Positions 41,521 to 52,530 of a stretch of 64,000 nt of DNA are shown one piece after another. Position numbers and translations under genes: made by a program. The stretch is from Macrostomum lignano (Eukaryota): assembly GCA_002269645.1 (NCBI GenBank), contig NIVC01003637.1:22390-86389 (forward strand), in the 5' to 3' direction. The notes under the pieces are model-generated. The model had not been told where the DNA came from. It made no database searches and was given only the letters and a program-made list of their open reading frames with translations. Position 1 is the stretch's first letter; the number at the start of each line of letters is the position of its first letter.

Positions 41521-44500
41521 TCACTGCAGGATCTGAATATAGTTGCTGGGGATTATCCCAGAGCGGCCGTTGATCATCCCGAAGCACCAGCCATCCACGC
41601 GGGCGATCCGCTGCACATCGTACACCAGCTCGTTGGCTTCGAACGACAGCTCGGCTGGCGAGTCACCGGTGCAAGCGTACAGGGTTCGGGCGCAACGCTT
41701 GGGGCCTTCCAAGTTCATGCCTAGCTGAGACACAAGGCCGCTGCTGTTGTTATTGCCAATGCTGTAGCCTAATAGATTTGTTCCTTGCCCCGAGCCTTTT
41801 TTTGAACCTTTCCTTGCTTCCATAGGAGAAGCCAGAGGAGGAGCAGCGGCAGTAGAAGAAGCAGAAAAAGAAGACCGATTGGAAGCGTCAATCGGAGAGG
41901 CGCATAGAAACCGGTCGGGATGCTGCATCAGAGCTAAGACCAGATACCGGCCAGTAATCGCGCAGGCCTGCATGCTCTGCAGGTTGACCTGCTGAGGCCA
42001 GCACAGTGTTGGAGCGAACACGATGGCCACATTGGCCGGTGTCATTTTGTTCACCTCCGACCGGTCGGTCAACCGGCCGAAATGCGACATCAGCGACTGG
42101 AGTAGGCGGCGGTTTTGCTGCGGCAGGCTGGAGTCCATCTCGCTGCGTAGTTGATCGATGGTATCGGGCGATTCCACCAGGGCGGAGGCCTCGGCCCCAG
42201 TGGCTGACAGCAACTGCAGGAGGCGCTCAACTACTGCGTAAGTCATGAGGGGCTCCGGTAGCTGCTTCAGGTAGCGCTTCACACTGCTGCTCAGGACCCG
42301 GACATCCACCTGGTCGAGCTGGGTTGGTGGGTGGGGAAATGAGGATGAGGCTTAAGAGAGCTGAGAAGCTGACAGCAGTTGGGAAAATCTCGAATCTTAA
42401 TCCCAAAACCTAGATCTAGAATCAGGGGGGCCGTAGCCCAGCGGTAGCGCAGCTGCTCTGGTGTGCCAGCGACCCAGGCTCGATTCCAAGTGCAGTCACA
42501 TTAATTTGGGGCTGAATTGGAATCTCGGCTTGGCTCTGCTCGTGCAATTAACCCCCCTTGAGGGCCAACCCCCCAAGGCGCAGTGAAGTGTACATGCCTA
42601 ACGATAATATAAAGTTAGGGCCGCTGTACACTCCTGTGTGAGTGTGTGCCTGCGTACATATCCGCGCGCTTGTGTGCCTGCTCAGGGGAGTCGGCGGAAT
42701 GGGATGTAATGCCTCTCGCCGGTTGTGTGCCCATGTCGCTTAAAGTGCGCCAGGGTGCACACAACCCCCCTGCCTCTAATAAAAAAAAAGATCTAGAATC
42801 GCATTTCCCAAACACAGAATCCAAGATCCCAAATCGCGAATAACTATTTTCAAGTTACACGATGTGAGCGTAAAAATTCGTTTTGTAAGTCTGTTTTGTT
42901 CACATTTTTCTTCTTAGTGAACAAAATCAAATTAGACATGATTTACACCACTGCATGTCCAGAGCACATCTGAGACAACTTTGGTAGAAAATTCCTTTCA
43001 TTTTTTATTGTGCGTCACCAGAGTAAGATAATTAAGATGAATGCACACTAATGTCAGTCTTTAAGGATTTCTTTTAATAAATATTATTCACATGGACATT
43101 TAGTTGGCACTGTGACCTGTGACTATTTTTACCAGATATTTTTCTGCATGCAGCTTGGTAAAAACATAAGTTTAACAAAGCCAAAAAAGTTTTAGTAGCG
43201 ATTTGATTTCCTATTGTTTTTTCATATTGTTTTGTTTTGCAATTTAGTGTGCGATTGGAAAAGGATTCCCAAGTTGGAAACCATTCTGATCAAGTGACGT
43301 TTTCTACCATCAACACCAACGAAAGCTTGTTGTCTAAATGGTCAGTGCATGAGGCTGGTAGTCTGAAATTTCAAGACAAGTTCCTATCAGGAAGTGTTTT
43401 TATCATCCGTTTATTTTGGTACATCAAAGCTGGAAAGTTCCAACAAATTTATTCAACCCTCAAGTGTAATTTGCGAAGTTCGTGAAGATTTATAGCCGGC
43501 AGGAAATTCTGGCTATAGCTCTTGCGACTACTGTACAAGCCCAGGCTTCTACACCATCAGGTCGCGAAAACAGTAGCTTTTTTTTCCTGAAGTTCAAGTC
43601 GTATAAACCAAAAGCACAACCAAGAATTCGGCTGTCCACATTAGAGGAGCTTTCCCTCGACATGACGCGTAGTTTTTCATGCATGTGATCTACAGAGGCT
43701 GTGGACTAGAACTGCTTATGCACTTGTTGTGTGGAAATAAGTACCTTTATATTGGAAGCGCCAGTCAGCGGGAGATCACTTGTTCGTTTCGCAGAATTGG
43801 CAGGCACACCGTTTGACTTCCAGTGGAAACCCAATTAAATGTATTTAACACCTTAGGTAGTAGAAGGCCACCGAACTGCGGCAGTTTTGCCTTTACCTAA
43901 TACCTTTAATGCTCATTCGATTTTGTTCCCATACCAAGCCAAAATTGACCTATTGCTATGCTTCCATCTTATCTCCATTTTGCTTTACTGTGAGAATGTC
44001 ATTGAACAGTATATGACAGCATTTTACAGTATCTCAGAGATTCCGATTTTCGATTGATCTTGTCGGCTCTTCGTGCATAGTCTCCAGCATCTTATTCAAG
44101 ATTATATTGTGTACGAAAGTGTGAAAAATTTCTTTGTCTTCAGTTTCAAAAATTTAACTAAATTTTTAGTGAAAAGCTTAGTTTGATCTTCAAGCCAGCA
44201 CTACTACGTGAAGTCCAACCCTAGTAATAAGCAAAAATTATTTGCGCGGCACTTTTCCAAACATGCTCTTCTTTCAAGAGGATTAGAAAAGAACAAACAA
44301 ATTTTCTCCGAACTGAAGCAGTGCAATGTCTTCTTGAGTTGTCTTGAATTGCGGGAGGAAGACAGCCTGCAAGTTAGTGAGCATCTTGTGTCAGACTATA
44401 TCAGGAGTCTATATCAATGTCTATATCAGAAGACATTGCCGTTGAGCCTATTCTTCTGTATGGCATAGAAGCTGTACCAATGACTGCGACACGACAGCAA

Positions 44501-46709
44501 GCCCTGGATGCCCACTACAGGTCGCTGCTCCGCTATGCCCTGGGTGTGCACTACCCTGATACAGTGCCGACCAGGGACCTGATGACTCGCGCTGGTGTTC
44601 CCGCGCTCAGCTGCACTATACGCAAACGCCGACAGATGTTACTTGGCCATTGCCTAAGAAGCTACGGCCGCGGCGAGCAAAATCCTCTGGCGCTGGCTCT
44701 CCTGCATCAGCCCACTGAGCGCCTGCGCCGTGGACAAGGCCGAACTGTGACGCTATATGATACGTTTTTGACTGACTTGCAGGCCATCGGACTCAGCCCC
44801 CAGTCCGCTATGACTTGCCCTTCTCGGTTGTTCTGCGAACGCGTCCGCGCAAAGACTAGCTAGATGTCTCTTTGTCTGTGCTTCTCTCTGCGTCGCTATA
44901 TATATATATATATCAGGAGTTGAAGAAACTCGAGTTATTTTATTGTCAGCCAATTTGCTCGTCAGAGTAGGTAGGTATCTACAAGCTCAGACATCTCTAT
45001 GTTTCTCTTCAAAGTGTGCCAGGTGGACGAGGTTTTGTCAAACTGATGGTTTGAACACCCTAGAAGTACAGAAGCAGGAGCCGACATTTGCTATGCTGTG
45101 ACCCCCCCTCTACACCATATTCGTAACATAGCAAGGTAAGGCTACGAGGACTCGTATCATAGACATAGTTGGCAAGATTTTAGAAATTGTCACTTTTATT
45201 ACGCTGCTTTATATAGCTAAAGTCATTTTGCTACTGTACTCGTAATATCTAAATTCCACGTATTCGCTAATGAAATTACCTTAGTTTTAGGTCAATAATT
45301 TTTTATGTGTTTCAGTCGTTTTTCTCTTGTTCAATTTGGGATCGAGGGCGGCACTGTTATAATTTCCTGAAAGTGACTAGAGCATCAATGGACAACAACT
45401 TCACGCATACGGTACCCACCAGAACACCAAAATCGGATCACTGTGCTTTAAGCATAGAAAACCAGATGAGAAAAAAATGTTTAATGGCGGCGAGACTCGG
45501 TATCGGATAGCGAGACGCAGGTGCTCAAAGAAGACGCCAACCTCCAAGTCGACTGCACCTGGAGAGCATCGATGCTGAACAGCAAAATAAACCAGCCAAG
45601 AAGACGTCCAGTAAATTTAAGACGCCTCTTGGCGCTTTGCTGTCACAGTTTTTAACATCGACGCCTAACAGAGCCGACGGTAGCAGCAGTGCAAAGATCT
45701 CAGGCGCCCTGTGGAGCCCGTTCTTTCGCCATGGCACTGCCTGGACAAACAAGTGTCCATCGTGGTCGACCTGGTCGCGCGATCGCTGAAAGAACCCTGG
45801 ACCTCCACCTCCTTCAGCCGGCTGACGTCCTCATCTGGACCGACGGATCTACCTGCCCGGACGGTAACGCGTCAGGAGGGAGACCCATCATTACCTCGGA
45901 CCCCTTAGGGCTTCGAGAAGAGGTCTGCGTACCGGCCGGCCGCTGGAATAGCAGCACCAACGCTGAACTCATCGGTATTGAGGCGGCCCTTACCCGCCTG
46001 GCCGAGATCTTCCTTGATGGCGGTAGTCCAACTGTTACCGTTAGGCTTTGCACGGATTCCCGCGCCGGCCTCCAGATGATATTGCGCGGTCCGACTGTCG
46101 CGGCGGAAGACGTCACCCGACGTGTCTGGGCTATCATTGCTGCTCTGCCGAGCGACTGTAATATTCATTTGCAATTGGTGCCAGGCCATGCAAACCTCCC
46201 CGGAAACGAAGCGGCCGACGAGATGGCTGGGAAAGCAACCGAGGCTCAGCAGCAGCCGACCATCGTCACCCCAGCCGCCGCTAAGACAGCTATCAACCAC
46301 TTTCTGCGAGGCTGGCGCAGAAAGCGAGACTGCATGCACCCGTTTCCGAGTCCGACACCTGGCCATGACGATCTGCCGAGATGGGGCCAGGTTACGATCA
46401 GTCAGCTGGAGACCCGCAAATCACCGCTAACGCGCGACACGCTCCACCGGTTCGGCCTCACCCCCAACGACCACTGCACTACCTGCGGGGAGCCGGACTC
46501 GGTCGAACACCTTCTACTGACCTGCCCAGGCCACCACCAGGCTCGCATCCGCACCTGGGGTGGAATCATCATCAACTGGCACACCGTGCTTGGAGGCGAG
46601 GGCAGCCCCTCGTCTGTGATTACCTGCGAAGTGTGGGCAGCCAGGATCGACGACCCAGGCGGCAGAGCGGCCCCGACCCGGCCACCTGCGGGCGGCCGGA
46701 GGTCGGAGT

Positions 46710-46758
<49 letters not shown>

Positions 46759-49700
46759 AGTGCGAAGAAGAGGAAGACAAAAAAATTACGTCACAGTCAT
46801 GCTGATGACAGTAAGATGAAGCGGACGAATCATGAAGGCCTCTAGACGAACATCAAGTAGAAAGCGACAGAAATGCTTGTGTTGTGTTGTGCACTTTTGC
46901 AGTGCCTGTGTACCTGCCTCCCAGCGGGCTGAGTCACCCCTCAACTAGTTGTTTACAGTTTTTTTGTTATTCACCCCCTTTTTGCGTTGCCGCAGCCAGA
47001 GGCTTAAGTTTTGCATTTGTTCGCTCGCCCTGCGTGGCGATTGGTCGCGGCCAGCCAGTCGCGTAGTGATTGGCTGAGCCGGCGGTGGGCTTGGTGGCCG
47101 TCCCCCGGGGGGGGGGTTGGTGGGGTGGTGGAGTTGAGAGCGCGTGGCCCTCCCCCCTCCGCGGGCGTGTGCTATTTAACATCGCTCGCGGCGGGTTGGA
47201 GCGGTGCGCGTCTCGACGGTCCCCTCTCTGTGCACGTGGTTCTCCGTCAGAGCTATCTACAGCCCAAGTTACACAGCCCAAGTTATACAGACCCCCTTTG
47301 ATAAAGAAATACACCAAAGAAGGCCATCTTCCTGAGCCCTGAGCGACAGCTGCCAACTAAGTAAGTGCGCGTCCTGTCTTCTTTCTTTCGGTTGTCTAGG
47401 GGGGCAGAGAGTCCGTGTGTCCGGACGCCGACTCAGCTAGTTGGGGTTGATACGGCAGTAGTATACCTACCGTACGCCTCTACACCTCTACGCCAGCCAG
47501 TGCGTCCCGACGCCTCGCTGAAGGCGGCCCGCACCACTGCGTCCCGACGCGTGGAAAGGCTGCGTGGGTGCGTCCTGACGCCCCAGACTGTCAGGGGAAG
47601 TGCTCGCCCTAGCGCCCGCGCGCAGGCTTAGCAAGGACCCGCTTGTACTGTACCCTGTAGGACCACCCTACTGCCGGGTCGGGGGCTGCAGGGATACAAC
47701 ACTTGGGCAAAGGGGTCTCTTCGTCGGTTCGAAGACGATCAAGTCGGAGGTGACAGAAATACTTCAACAACAGAGTCTCGATCTCGGATCCAGGAAGATC
47801 AAGTCAGAGGCGACAGAAATACTTCAACAACAGAGTCTCGATCTCGGATCCAGGAAGATCAAGTCGGAGGCGACAGGAATGCTTCGGCAACAGAGTCTCG
47901 ATCTCGGATCGAGGAACATCAAGTCGGAGGTGACAGAAATACTTCAACAACAGAGTCTCGATCTCGATCCAGGAAGATCAAGTCCGAGGTGACAGGAATG
48001 TTTCATCAACAGAGTCTCTACATCGATTCGACAGGAGCTATAACATAGGCGGCGCATTCGCAGTCCTCCAGTGCGGAGTCTAATGCACATAAACTTAAAA
48101 CTGTATGCCCAGTGCATTTAAATCGAGTGTTTTCTGGATTCATTTGGTTAATCCGCTGGTGTATTAGTTTATCCATTTGTCTGGACGATTAGCAAGCTTC
48201 CTTTGAGCAAGGGAAGTCAGAAGTCTGACGTGCCCAACCTTACGCCTTACTTGCCGCTGCGCTCACACAAGGACACACTTCAATCGAGAAGACACCTGGA
48301 GAAAATATTGCACTCCAGAGTGAATTGGAAAGTATTCCCATCAAATGATTCTGGATAGAACTCTGGTCAAGCTCAAGCTGCTCGTTCTGGGCCTCCTATT
48401 GCATCACCGGGCGGACAAATGACAAACATCGTTTTCAACTGGTTTTCAGACGTTTTGAAGACCAGCAGGCTGCTCAAGGGCAAGATAAGGACTAAGAAGA
48501 GCGTTGCAGGATTCATCGGTGATCGACGTAATGACGCACTTCAAGCCTGAAGACGAAGTGCAGAGGGCGATCGGATTTGAGACGTTACGTCGACTGGACG
48601 TCCAATTAGAACTTTCATGTAGTCCAGCGGACGTCCGATTGCTATACGGGCCGGATCCTGAATCTCAAATCCTTGATCCCAACTCTCGAATCCCAGATCC
48701 CAACTCTCGAATCCCAGATCCCAACTCTCGAATCCCAGATCCCAACTCTCGAATCCCAGATCCCAACTCTCGAATCCCAGATCCCAACTCTCGAATCCCA
48801 GATCTCAACTCTCGAATCCCAGATCCCAACTCCCGAATCCCAGATCCCAACTCTCGAATCCCAGATCTCAACTCTCGAATCCCAGATCCCAACTCCCGAA
48901 TCCCAGATCCCAGCTCTCGAATCCCAGATCTCAACTCTCGAATCCCAGATCCCAACTCCCGAATCCTAGATCCCAACTCTCGAATCCCAGATCCCAACTC
49001 TCGAATCCCCTTTCCTCACCGATTGCACGGGCGCCATCCCATCCGGCCGGCCCATGATGAAGCCGCGCACAAACTCCTCCACCAGCTTGCTGCGGCCCTC
49101 CACCCGGTACAGGCCCTCCTCATCCAGGCAGCGTCTGTCCAGCTCGGCCAGACAGGCTTCGAATTGCTGGGCCTCGAACTCGGTGGGTCGCTGACGGCTT
49201 TCGTCGGCTTCGGAGGCCTCCTCGGCTGAAGCTGGCTCGCCGCGCAGAGACTGAGTCCAGCATTTGAACTCGCTGTTTGAGTAGGCCTGCGTCAGATGAA
49301 AGGTGAGGTTATCAAAATCTGATTGCAATACTTGAAACACCAAAATCGTTATTTCTGATTCCAAAGGCGCCAATTCCTAGACTTAAATCTCATATCCTGA
49401 TACATAAAATCCCAAATCCCGATCTCTAAGACTCCCCGATCCCAATTCCCAATCCTTAAAAATCCCAGATCCTAATCAAAAAAAATTTTAGATCCCAATC
49501 AACAAAAACCCCAGATCCCAATCTCCAAAAATTTCAGATACCAATCCCGAAAAATCCCAGATCCCAATCTTTAAGAATCCAGATTCCAATCCTAAATAAT
49601 CCGTGATTCTAGTCCTTCGATCCCAGATCCCAATTCTAAGAAATCCCATATCCCAATATTCCAAACCTTACAAAATCCCAGATCCCAATCCTCAAAAATC

Positions 49701-51629
49701 CCAGATCCCAATCCTCAAAAATCCCAGATCCCAATCCTCAAAAATCCCAGATCCCAATCCTGAAGAAATCACAGATCCCAATCCCGAAAAATCCTGATTT
49801 CAATCCTTAAAAAATCCCAAATCCCAATCCCCAGATCCCAACACTCGGCTGCGAGCCCCACCTGCAGCAGCAGAGTCCTAGTCGAGTCGTTAATCTCAAC
49901 TTCAAACAGAAATCGCCGATCCACCTCGCTGTTGGGCGGCACTCCCACGGCAACCACCACGCCGCCAAGTCCCGAATCGCTGGGCGAAGATGAAGAATCA
50001 GTGCGGCCGGGATTCGCAGGCGAGAATGGCTGCAGAGTTAGCAACCGTTTCTGCCGATTAAAAGTGCAAAAGCAACGCTGCCAATTGTTTGGCGCAACGC
50101 TGAGCTTCTTCTGTGACAGCAGCAACAGGTAGCCTTCCAGCGTCTCCTGATGGTTGCCACGGCGACGCCAAGCGCCCATGTCCAGCAGCTTCTGTCGGTT
50201 CTCATCCAGCTCCTTCTCAGCAACTCCAATGCCTTCATTATAATTGGCAACCGACTCATTTGTGGCTTGCATGTTTTTCTCCCTCTCCACCAGGTTGTCG
50301 TTGCACTCCTGATAGAAACACTTCCACACGCTCTGCAGGGTGGCCAGCACTTCAAAGAATCGAACTTTATTCTTGGCCTGCTCGCACTGCAGAGTCTTCA
50401 CGTAAGCATAAGTGCGATTGAAATAGCAGATCCTCTCCGCCTCGGCGTCCTTGTCTATTGCTGACCAATTCCTGGGCTCCGAGTTTTTACCAGTCTGCTG
50501 CTTCAGACTGAGCATTCGCTCTTGGCTGTGGTAGAACTTCTTAGTTTCCTCGTAGTACACGCGGCGGGTTTCGCTGAGGAATTCGCGAATCTTCATCCTC
50601 TGCTGGGTCAGTACCTGCGGAGGGGTTGACGGGGGCCTTGGTTTTAATAATGATTATTAATTATTGTCAGGTGCCATCTTTAGCAGCGCCAGTTCTGACA
50701 CCCGATATTGGCGCCAACTTTGACACCCGGTATTGGCGCCAACTCTGACACCCGATATTGGCGCCAACTCTGACACCCAATATTGGCGCCATTTCTAACA
50801 CCCGGTATTGGCGCCAACTCTGACACCCGGTATTGGCGCCAACTCTGACACCTTATTGGCCCAACTATGATAATTAATATTGGCGCCAATTCTGATAATT
50901 AATATTGGCGCCAACTATGATACGAGTAATTAATATTAGCGCCAACTCTGATAATTAATATTAGCGCCAACTCTGATAATTAATATTGGCCCAACTCTGA
51001 TAATTAATATTGGCCCAACTATGATAATTAATATTAGCGCCAACTCTGATAATTAATATTGGCCCAACTATGATAATTAATATTGACGCCAACTCTAAAA
51101 ATATTTTTGGCGCCAACTCTGACACTAAATATTAGCGCCAATTCTGACACTTATTATTAACGCTAATTCTATAAAACTAGTCTTATAGTTTAACAGATAA
51201 GCAATAAGCTACAACACACCCATATAACAATCAAACAACAAAATCAATCACCTTAAGAAAGGACTCCTGAGAAATATCAAGCCAACGCATTCTTGCATCC
51301 TCAATGTAGCGCAGATCCTTAGCAAATTGTGAAGCAAACTTGGCCATATCTCGCTCAGCTTTGCTTAGATTGGCGGATTGCGCCTGAGCTGATGAGCTGT
51401 CAGTCTGGAACTGCTGCTGCTGCTGCTCAGGGCCAAGCTTCTGAATAGACAGGGAGAATGCCACTAAAGCTTCATTATAAGCTCTGCCAGTCTCCTGTAC
51501 GCGTTTGAAACTGTCAATCACAGATTTCATTGTTTTGACTGATTCCTCAAGTTGGCGCTCCTGATCCAGCAGAGCGTAGCGAAAGTCTGGGCTATCGATA
51601 GCACAAGAGTTGTAGTCAATTGAGGGCAT
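41521..51629 (-). CDS. ARHGAP26: GRAF/oligophrenin-family Rho GTPase-activating protein (BAR-PH-RhoGAP-SH3), 4 exons, about 731 aa
   Basis: Phase-0 exons 51629-51252 (MPSIDYNSCAIDSPDFRYAL, BAR), 50614-49862 (BAR end; LEGYLLL..NWQRCFCTF..RRFLFEV, PH), 49286-49020 (RRCLDEEGLYRVEG, GAP arginine finger), 42318-41521 (KRYLKQLPEPLMTY..NKMTPANVAIVFAPTL; ARTLYAC..ELSFEANE..WCFGMINGRSGIIPSNYIQIL*, SH3). Symbol is family-level (ARHGAP26/10/42). Confidence 0.93.
42425..42600 (+). mobile_element. tRNA-derived SINE head in RhoGAP intron 3
   Basis: A box TAGCCCAGCGG and B box GGCTCGATTCC at tRNA-like spacing, no clean cloverleaf; 3' end approximate. Confidence 0.55.
42950..44400 (-). mobile_element. Possible degenerate hAT transposase remnant
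   Basis: Frameshifted minus-strand motifs resembling TRWxSR (near 44220) and VT...ERxFSKL (near 43000); otherwise full of stops. Confidence 0.3.
44417..44863 (+). mobile_element. 3' fragment of an RTE-like LINE ORF2
   Basis: VEPILLYGIEAV..LDAHYRSLLRYALGV..IRKRRQMLLGHCLR..RRGQGR resembles the post-RT C-terminus of RTE-clade elements. Confidence 0.7.
45330..46757 (+). mobile_element. 5'-truncated I/Ingi-like LINE (RNase H and zinc knuckle) ending in a (GA)n tract
   Basis: ORF 45689-46711: IWTDGS, STNAEL, CTDSRAGL, LVPGH..GNEAAD (RNase H); CTTCGEPDSVEHLLLTC (knuckle); (GA)n at about 46712-46757. 5' edge approximate. Confidence 0.8.
47736..48016 (+). repeat. 60-bp tandem repeat, about 4.7 copies (AAGATCAAGTCGGAGGTGACAGAAATACTTCAACAACAGAGTCTCGATCTCGGATCCAGG)
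   Basis: Read directly; translates as KIKSEVTEILQQQSLDLGSR repeats. Confidence 0.92.
48659..49008 (+). repeat. 21-bp minisatellite (AACTCTCGAATCCCAGATCCC)n abutting the RhoGAP exon 3 donor
   Basis: About 16 units read directly. Confidence 0.96.
49400..49842 (+). repeat. Degenerate about 23-bp repeat (AAAAATCCCAGATCCCAATCCTC)n filling RhoGAP intron 2
   Basis: Read directly; shares the ATCCCAGATCCCAA core with the 48659 array. Confidence 0.88.
50672..51150 (+). repeat. 25-bp minisatellite (TATTGGCGCCAACTCTGACACCCGG)n grading into an AT-rich variant, RhoGAP intron 1
   Basis: About 18 units read directly. Confidence 0.93.
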
Positions 51630-52319
51630 TGTGACCGTTGGTTTTTTTTAAACTGAAATTTGAGCAAAGTTGCGTTACACATCAATCTACAATTGCTAGT
51701 AATATTTTAACATTTCAATTTAGCCATGGTTATTTTAGCCTAGTAGATATTCTATAACTAAAATCCCCTAGGCATAAATAATTGCAATATAAATGATAGC
51801 TAAAACTATGAATAAGTCATTTACATTGTTATGATTTATGAAGTATAATCTGTACTTTAGCCTAGGCTTGGTAACATTAATTTACTCATTTAATAGAATT
51901 GCTTATTGTATTAATAATATATAAAAAGTATATACAAAGCTTTGTTTCTTATATTTTAGACTATTAATATAACATTAAATGCATTGTTAACATTAAAAGC
52001 AAAAGATAAAATTTACAAAGGATTATTGTACTAAGGATATTGTAAAGTTTTCTAGAATAATATTTACTTTATACATAATTTTGGTTAAATTGGTTTAAAC
52101 TAAAATTATATTTGGTTTAACCATTAACAACTTTTGAGTTAAAAATTTTAGACAGCCTTAAGAATATGCAAGTGGCAAAATAATTAGAAAGATGTCAGAG
52201 GTCTTTGCAAAAACAAGCTATATGTAATTTACTCAAAAATTTTATTCCATTTTTGTTGGCTCCCCTATAGGGGGTGCCAATTGCTAGTAATATACCATAT
52301 ATTGGCTATAAAAGTTGCA

Positions 52320-52530
52320 GTTTGCACTTCAACCCTGGATGAACCAAGATCTGGGAGACCCTAAGTGTAGACTGAGAGCACATCAAGCTCATCTGTGGTC
52401 TGCTGGGAATGGATCCATAATGGATGTCTAAAGAAATAGCAGACCCTAGGAATATTATTTCATCCAGCATCTACCAAATACTCACAGAGGACCTGGGGTT
52501 GCCAGAATCAATGCCTAAACAAGCTCTTCA
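52320..52530 (+). mobile_element. Small degenerate mariner transposase remnant
   Basis: LDEPRSGRP (from 52335) and SSIYQILTEDLGL (52463-52501) resemble the mariner N-terminal HTH region. Confidence 0.4.
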
